64,000 nt of DNA from assembly GCA_964648105.1 (NCBI GenBank), contig CAZYMH010000003.1, positions 91,172 through 155,171 of the forward strand. The letters are read 5' to 3'. The DNA comes from an uncultured Candidatus Saccharibacteria bacterium. GTDB taxonomy: Bacteria; Patescibacteriota; Saccharimonadia; Saccharimonadales; 2-12-FULL-41-12. Shown piece after piece: positions 35,110 to 44,100 of this stretch. The stretch's first letter is position 1, and every line of letters starts with the position of its first letter. Below the pieces are notes generated by a model that saw only the letters and a program-made list of their open reading frames with translations, did not search any database and was not told where the DNA came from. The position numbers and the translations under genes were made by a program.

Positions 35110-38100
35110 TTATTGTACCGCCAAGTAATCGAACTCGTATATTTTATTTGGAGCAAGTTGATTAGTAATTTTAATTGTAAACTCAGTTTGACTGATGTCT
35201 TTAAAGACAGTTATGTTTTCTGCATTGTTATTTGATGGCTCTAAGAATATTTTTGGCTTTTTTAAGTATGGAGTATGGAAAGTGATTTTTACCGTCTGAC
35301 CTGGTGTAAATGCCGAAGTCATGCCAGTAGTATCAATCTTTACTGTACCAGATATATCATTGCCTTCAACTGATACAACTGGTGGAGTTGTATTGCTACC
35401 CAAATTTATGCCTGTTGCAAGTTGAGCAGCTGGAGTATTGCCATCAGTTATAAAGTGACCGAAGACTATGATATTTCCATTAAATACTGCATTATTAGAT
35501 ACTTCGAGTGAATTAGCTTTTAAGGTGCCACCGATTGTTAAGTTAGATAATTGTGCAAATTCTGTGCCTTGTAAATCTACCATTGGAACGTAATATTGAG
35601 TTTGCACAAAGATTTCTACAGTTGCGCCCGTAGAACTAGTTAAGGCTCGTCCAACAATTAGACCTTCTTTGGTTGCTTTTTCGCCTACCCCATCACTGGC
35701 TGAGATAGTTATTGGATCTCCAGCAGTAACTGTGCCTTTTATCTTGAGAGGCACTCGACCAACTAATGCCACTAATCGTGTATCTGTGCGATTGGCCTCG
35801 TAATCTCTTAATGCTAGCCCTGGTGATGTAGACACAATACCAAGAATATTTTCTCTATCACTTGATGAAGCTCTCTTGAGTTTGCCGCTAGCAGGATTAA
35901 TAGCTACTATTTCACCAGCCATGATACTTTGATCTTCAACTGTATACTCTTCCGCAAGGTCAAAGTTAGCAATCGAGAAGCTCTTTCCGTAATAGTTAAC
36001 AGCGTACACATTGTTGAAGTAGTTGCCTACACTACCAATGTTTACGCCACCGGAAAATACACCACCAGAGGTTTGAGAACACAAATTATTTGCACAAAGA
36101 GTAACCCTTAAGTCATCATTAGTCTCGTCGTTATATACCAATAGTGGAAGACCGTTAGGCATTATAGCTATGTCTGACTCTTGACCTACATCATTAGTAG
36201 TTTCTACTGTTGTAGAAGTATTCCCAGTTGAACAAGCTAAGTTTCCACATTTGAGAACCTTTACATCATTCCCTGATTCATCTTGATGAATAATAATTGG
36301 GAAGCCGTCTGGGCCAACTGCTACTCTTGGGAAGTAGGCCACATTGTTAGCAACATCATCAACCGTTGTACTAACATTGCCAGAAGCACAAGCTGTGTCT
36401 CCACATTTTGTAACTCTAAGAGCTCGGTTAGTAAATAAGTTGTAAGCTATAAATGGCAATCCATCAGATCCTATTACTATGTGCGCATACTCACCTGTAT
36501 CGTTAGTTGAGTCATAGGCACTTGCTGTATTACCGGCAGTACAATTTAAGTTACCACATTTAAATACCCTACCGTCACCATTTGTCTGATCGTAGTGAAC
36601 AATAATTGGTAATCCATCTGAACTGATGGCCACATTTGAATCCCAACCTACATCATTTGTAGTCTCAATTGAAGTAGTTGTGTTGCCAGAGGAGCAGGCT
36701 GAATTACCACATCTTGTATATCGTAAGTCTCCAGAAGTTGCCAATCTGTAAGAAATTACTGGGTTACCGTCTGGCGCAATAGCAATTGATACAAATTTAC
36801 CTGTATCGTTAGTTGTATCAACAGAAGTTATTGTAACTGTTCCCGAACAATCAGCAGTACTACACTTTGCAACTTTTAAGTCGTCGTTGGTGTCATCATG
36901 GTAAGCAATAACCGGATATCCGTCAGCACCAATTGCAACATCATTATATGTTCCATAGTTGTTAGAACTAGAACCACCATCGATTGTCACTGAGGTAGAA
37001 GTGCTACATGCTGTATTTGAACATTTTGTAAGTATCATGTCTGCCTCTGTGGCACTTACGAATGAATAGTGGGAGATCACTGCAAACCCATCTGTTCCAA
37101 GTGCTACCCTAGTCTGATTACCAACATCACCGGTCGTCTGTGTGCTTGTAGTGGTTTGAGTAGAAGATGATTGTGTTGGAGCTACACTAGCAATCAAATC
37201 GCCGTTAAATGTACTCTTCCCAAGTACGCTAATATCACCTTGGAATTGCGCAGCGCCAGCTACAGTTAGAGAGCCCCCAATTGTAGTGTTGTTATAAATA
37301 GTTACATCTTGAACGTTTATTGTTGTACTCTGGATTGCACCTGTTTCCAATTGCTGGACATAAGCTTCTCCCAAGTCAAAAACTTGAAGCTGGTCATTAG
37401 TATAGTTTGGAACATACGCATATCTTCCGCTTATAGCGAAATGCCATGGATCATTACCAGTAGTAACTGATTCTATCAAAACTGGAAGCGCTGGGTTAGA
37501 AATATCAAATGTTACTAACTTGCTTGTGGCACCTTGGTTGCTAATACCATACATCCGTCGCCCTTGGACTACTAAATCTTCTACGCCAGCATCAGAAAAT
37601 ACACTGGTTACTTCTACTATTGCTGATGGATTGCTTATATTCATTACATAGATACTAGATACATCATCAGAAACATATGCATAAGAACCGTTAACCGCAA
37701 GTGCTAAACCAGCAGTTGCAGTCGCCTCAACATCAACACTTGCTAGGGCGGATGGGTTGCTAATATCAATTATGTTTAGTGGGCTAGTAGCATTATTTTG
37801 TGCCACATACATGTATTGGCCTTTTATAAATGCTTTTTTAGGGTTGTTAATATTTGTTGAAAAAGTACTAACAAGTGATATGTTTGTTGGATCGGCAATA
37901 TTATAAACATAGATAGAATCACCTAAAAAGTCATTAAGTACGAATGCATACTGACCAGAAACTGCCACGAATGTTGGATAATCTCCTGTGGCTATAGAGT
38001 CCACCAAAGTTGGTGCATAAGGATTAGAAATATCTATGACTGCCAAAACGTCAGATGAGCTCATTGGCATGTAGGCGTAGTTACCCTTTACGGCTACGTG

Positions 38101-41100
38101 TTCTGGATTTATTCCAGCAGCAGAAAAATCAGTACTGCTAATAACTACTGGGTTCTTAGGATCCGTAATGTCTACTACGTCCAAGTCCGATTCATCATAA
38201 CTAGCGACATATGCATACTTACCTTGGATTGCTATGCCTTCAACTCCGTTACTCAAACCGCCACCCGTAGTAACTGTAGCAATGGCGCTGGTTATAGTTT
38301 TGCCAGAAACATTTATTCCTCCTACAACGTTTACAGAGCCGTTTACAAATAAGTTATCCCAGAAATTAGCTTGCTGCTGAACATCTAGCGTGCCAACTAT
38401 ACTTGTATTTCCAGCAGTTAAGGATCCACCAGTTCCACCTTCGCTTAAGTTTTCTCCGCTTAGGCTAACTAAATCGAGTCCCCCGCCCAGTGTTATTCTT
38501 GGAGTACTTACGTAATAAACCGCAGATGTAGAACCTCCTAGAGAGTAAAGATACCCGTTGTAAGCAAATGACATCATATCAGATCTAGTAGCAGGTAAGT
38601 TATTGGTATTAGTAGTCCACGCTGTTGTTGTTCCATCGCTGTTAAGCTGAGTGTAATAAACAGAGTTAGTTGCTGCAGCTCCATCCCAACCACCATAGTA
38701 GTAAAGGTAGCCATTGGCAACTTGTAATGCACCCCAAGCCCTATTGCCTGGAAGTAAGTCTGCTTCTGCAGTCCAAGTCCCGATTGATCCATTTGTTGTT
38801 GAGATTTTTGAATAATAAAGATCATCTTGTGAGGTAGTTCCTGATTGACCACCAACTGCATATAGATAGCCGTTAGCAACAGTTACGTTAACCCCTCTTC
38901 TTACTGCAGCAGCCGGGAATACATTAGCGCTTAAAGTCCAAGCACCTAGAGTACCATCAGCATTTTGCTTAGCATAATATGTATCACCTACGGCAGAAGC
39001 TGTGCTCGAACCACCAACTATGTATATATAGCCGTTGTATGCAACAACACCGGAAGCATACCTTCCCGCAGGTAAAGCAGTTGTTGCAACCCAGTCACTT
39101 ATAGTTCCATCTTTATTTAGTTTAGCAACATAAGATGTTGTTTGAGCTGTTGCCGAAAGATTACCCCCAATTGCGTACAAATATCCATTACTTGCAACAA
39201 CCATAATATCTTCTCTGGCTGCCGGCAAAACCGTTGATGTAGCAAATGACCCCAATGATCCGTTAGCATTAACTTTTGCGTATTCAACTTTTGTTGTTAT
39301 TCCAGCACTATCGCCACCAACAACATAAACATACCCGTTTGCGTAGGCTGTTCCAGCATTAGAAGTTGATGCTGTTAGACTATTGCTGTTTGTAGTCCAT
39401 GTATGCAGTGCCCCGCTATTATTTGCAAGAAGAGAGATGCCCCCTCCGTTTGTAGAGTCTATATTAAATAACGATCCTGATGTGGCGTTTTGAATAGCAA
39501 ACGCTGTTGTTGTGTTCGTTACATTTCTAAATAATGCGTTACCTCTGACATCCAGCTTGGCAGTGTTGGTTCCACTTGTTCCAAGGCCCAAGTTTCCGCT
39601 TGCATCAAATGTCATAAGTTCAACACCATTGTTTCGTAAGTTAAGTATTTTACCCGTAGTTCCGCCATCTGTTGCATCAATGAATATGCCTTGTGCAGCC
39701 GTTCCAACACCCTGCAAGTCTATTGATATAGCCGAAGCGTTACCATCAGTACCGGTTCCAGTGTGAGATACTTTTATAGTTCCTCGTCCAGTTTCGCTTC
39801 CAGAAACTTTTAGGGTGCTTTCGCTAGCATTAGAGCTAGTGACATTAAGCGCACCATTTGAAGCACCAGTTCCTGTATTTACAATATTCACAGCATTTGC
39901 AGTACCGTCGTAACTTGTGTAAATGGCAGACTGACTAAAGCCAACGTTATCTGCTCTTACACTTAGAAGCGGGCCTGTTGGTGCGGCTTGGTCGGAATAA
40001 ATTACAAGTCCAGCTCCAGTATTATTCGTATTATTAAGATTAATTGCACCACCTGTTGAACTTGAGTTAGAAGTATTACCACTTGGAGTAACCTGCAAAG
40101 TAGCTCCTGTGCCTGAGTTCTGTAAACTCAACACGCTTGCAGCCCCTGCATTGGTATTAGTAAAGCTATATAAAGTTCCTAAGAAGCTAGCAGAAGATGT
40201 GTCATTTGAATTCTTTGCCAAGTAAGCCGTGCTTCCAGAAACAGTTCCAGAACAAGTTAAATTACCATTAGCACCATTTATAGTACAACCTGTCGAAGCA
40301 GAACCGCCCGCAAATAATATGCCAGTCGCATTTACATCTCCTCCAATATTTAGCCCAACAGCATTTGTATTAAATAGGTTTGCTGTACCAGTACTAGTAG
40401 TGGTTATACTTGCACCGTTAACAGCCAAGTTACCAGAAAACGTTCCAGCTCCAGTAACCGATATATCTTCACCAAAGGCTACGGAACTATCATTCAAATC
40501 CGTAATAACTCCAGCAGTAGTTATATTAATTCCATTAGCTCCACCAACTTGCACTTGATCATTTAGTACTATGTCTCCATTGATGTCAGATATTGATCCG
40601 GCTGTATCTATTCTTATTCCGTTTGCAGAGCTACCTATATCTACTGTGTCATCAAGGACTAGATTGCCTGTGGAGTTAAGTATTGTTCCGGTCAAAGTAA
40701 AGTTACCAGTTAAAGATGCTGTTGTTGCAGTAAGACCGTATGTATTTACGGCTTGTTTAACTGAAGCGCTATCTGCTCCCGGGTCAGCAACTGAGCTAAA
40801 TGCGTTAGTCCATGTGCCTCTTGAAGTTTGAACATGCACAGAATGCATTGAGAAAGTTCCAAAATTAGCATATACATCGTATGTGTTGCGAGAACCGTTT
40901 TCTACAAATTTAACATCTGTAACTATTCTGTTCCCACCTACTGAATACCAAGATCCTTGAATGTTTGCTACTAGAGCACTGCTATTATTTGCTATCGAAC
41001 CGATAATTGTTGTTTCACCGTGATCGGTTTGGGCTTGACCATATCCTGATGAACCAAGTATGTCTATCTTAAATCTTGCGCCACTTCCGGTTCCAGCAAA

Positions 41101-44100
41101 AGTACCTATGTTTCTCCAACCCGATGACGCTGCAGAATCTTGCTCGCCAGCATTATTTCGAGTATAGATTGTGTTCAAACCACCATTTGCACTTGTGACA
41201 CCCGTGACTGCAAGTGTGGTGCTTACTGTTGTAGCCCCATTCAAACTAACAGCCCCAGTTCCTGTGCCAAAAGTTCCTGTGCCGTTTTGCACAAAGTTAC
41301 CAGATGCCATAGTCAGACCAGTAATTCCAGAGAGTACACCTCCTGAAGTTACATCAAAGTTAGATGAATCTAATGAGAAAGCTCCAGCTCCGCTGAAAGC
41401 AAAGCTTCCACTTGTTTGTGAGTATCCAGTTATATTAGTAAGACCACCACTGTTGGTAATACGGTCTGTAGAATTAGTCTGTAGTGCTCCACCTGTTGTA
41501 TTGATGGTTGAGCTAGCTGTGATTGTTGATGCTCCAGAGACAGCGCCAGCTTCTGTTATTCCTCCAGAATTATTATCAATACCGCCAGTAATAGTAGCGC
41601 CGCCAGAAGATATAGTAAGGTTTTCACCGATAGTTACACTTGCGTCATTCAAATCCGTAATAACTCCAGCAGTAGTTATATTAATTCCATTAGCTCCACC
41701 AACTTGCACTTGATCATTTAGTACTATGTCTCCATTGATGTCAGATATTGATCCGGCTGTATCTATTCTTATTCCGTTTGCAGAGCTACCTATATCTACT
41801 GTGTCATCAAGGACTAGATTGCCTGTGGAGTTAAGTATTGTTCCGGTCAAAGTAAAGTTACCAGTTAAAGATGCTGTTGTTGCAGTAAGACCGTATGTAT
41901 TTACGGCTTGTTTAACTGAAGCGCTATCTGCTCCCGGGTCAGCAACTGAGCTAAATGCGTTAGTCCATGTGCCTCTTGAAGTTTGAACATGCACAGAATG
42001 CATTGAGAAAGTTCCAAAATTAGCATATACATCGTATGTGTTGCGAGAACCGTTTTCTACAAATTTAACATCTGTAACTATTCTGTTCCCACCTACTGAA
42101 TACCAAGATCCTTGAATGTTTGCTACTAGAGCACTGCTATTATTTGCTATCGAACCGATAATTGTTGTTTCACCGTGATCGGTTTGGGCTTGACCATATC
42201 CTGATGAACCAAGTATGTCTATCTTAAATCTTGCGCCACTTCCGGTTCCAGCAAAAGTACCTATGTTTCTCCAACCCGATGACGCTGCAGAATCTTGCTC
42301 GCCAGCATTATTTCGAGTATAGATTGTGTTCAAACCACCATTTGCACTTGTGACACCCGTGACTGCAAGTGTGGTGCTTACTGTTGTAGCCCCATTCAAA
42401 CTAACAGCCCCAGTTCCTGTGCCAAAAGTTCCTGTGCCGTTTTGCACAAAGTTACCAGATGCCATAGTCAGACCAGTAATTCCAGAGAGTACACCTCCTG
42501 AAGTTACATCAAAGTTAGATGAATCTAATGAGAAAGCTCCAGCTCCGCTGAAAGCAAAGCTTCCACTTGTTTGTGAGTATCCAGTTATATTAGTAAGACC
42601 ACCACTGTTGGTAATACGGTCTGTAGAATTAGTCTGTAGTGCTCCACCTGTTGTATTGATGGTTGAGCTAGCTGTGATTGTTGATGCTCCAGAGACAGCG
42701 CCAGCTTCTGTTATTCCTCCAGAATTATTATCAATACCGCCAGTAATAGTAGCGCCGCCAGAAGCAACCGTTAATCCAGTTAATCCTGAAAGTGTGCCCG
42801 ATATTGTGCTGTTGCCGGTCACTGATATGCCGCCAGACGAAACAGTAAGAACACCTGCAGAAGTTATAGTACCCGAACCTGTAGTAGATAAATTGCCTGA
42901 AGTTGTAATGTTATCACCGGCGTTTGCAGGCGATAGTGTAGTACCGGTTCTACTAAAGTATCCGTTGGTTCCAGTGGAACCGCCAGTTATATTTCCGGTA
43001 CATGTAAGGTTGCCATTTGACCCATCTATTGTACAACCCGTTGATGCCGAGCCTCCAGCAAAATCAATTCCTGTTGCATCAACAGCACCACCGATGTCTA
43101 TACCTACCGCATTAGTATTAAATATAGTCATAGTGCCAGTGCTGGTCGTTGTAATAGCACTTCCATTAACCGCCAAATCACTGGTGAGAGTTAGTCCACT
43201 AAACTGCGGTGAAGCTCCAGTATTAATATTTTGAGGGGTGGAAAGCGTAATTGTATTCGTACTGTTTGAGACATTTATTTGGTTAGTTGTGCCCTGTATT
43301 GTTATTGAACCAGTGAAAGTATTAAGATCAGATACACTACCACCTGAGCCAGGACAGGCAGACCAAATAGGCGCACCAGCAGTAGAAGTTAGACACAATC
43401 CCGAGCCACCTGCAACCAAAGAGCTAATTGCACTTGTCCCATTACCTAATAGCACTCCATTTGCTCCTAGTGTTGTAGCACCAGTTCCACCATTTGCAAC
43501 TGTTAATGGAGAGCTTAATGTTACTGCACCAGTAACATTAAGAGCACTGCCTATTGTAACTGTTGTCCCGTTATCACTGATGTTGGAATCGCCAATTGCT
43601 TGAGAACCAGTAAACTTAGCAAGTGCGTTAGTAGTACCGCCTGCAGTAGTTACGCCAGTACCTGAACCTGCACAGTTGCCAGTTGAGAGACAAATTGTAG
43701 CCGTTCCAACACCTGGATCAGGTAATGTGTATGCAGTCGCCTGGCCAAGGTTGGCAACTTGTAAAGTACCGTTACTACCTGCCCCTGTCATTATTAATTG
43801 AGCAGTTGTAACGCTAGTTGTAAATGTTGGGTTATTAACTATAGAAATATTCCCACATGTTCCACCGCTACCTAGAGTGATTGTATTACCGCCACCACTC
43901 AAATTTCCAGTTCCAGAAGCACACACCAATGAAGTGTCACCCTGAACTGCATTTCCTGCGCTAGAACCATAAACTACATTAAGCGTTGTAGAAGAACCAA
44001 GGGCTACAGAGCCACCACCCGAAAGACCAGTTCCAGCAGTTACAGTCAAAGAAGAATTAACAAGATTTGAGTTTGCTACCGTACTAGATGCAATATCAGT

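Noticed and set aside
40490-42764. Considered whether the exact repeats could be a CRISPR array or a mobile element
   Set aside because: There are only two 1,155-bp units, directly abutting, in frame and inside a coding sequence. No short repeat-spacer periodicity, terminal inverted repeats or transposase are present.
42326-43234. 302-aa plus-strand ORF, along with other plus-strand ORFs at 40229-40558, 40571-40831, 41171-41713, 41726-41986, 43238-43603, 45899-46105 and 39512-39766, all inside the giant gene
   Set aside because: They are Pro/Val/Ala/Leu-rich mirror images of the Gly/Thr/Asn/Ser-rich minus-strand repeats. They have no independent start signals and sit antisense to one uninterrupted 11.6-kb ORF. 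Their pairwise identity simply reflects the 1,155-bp duplication.
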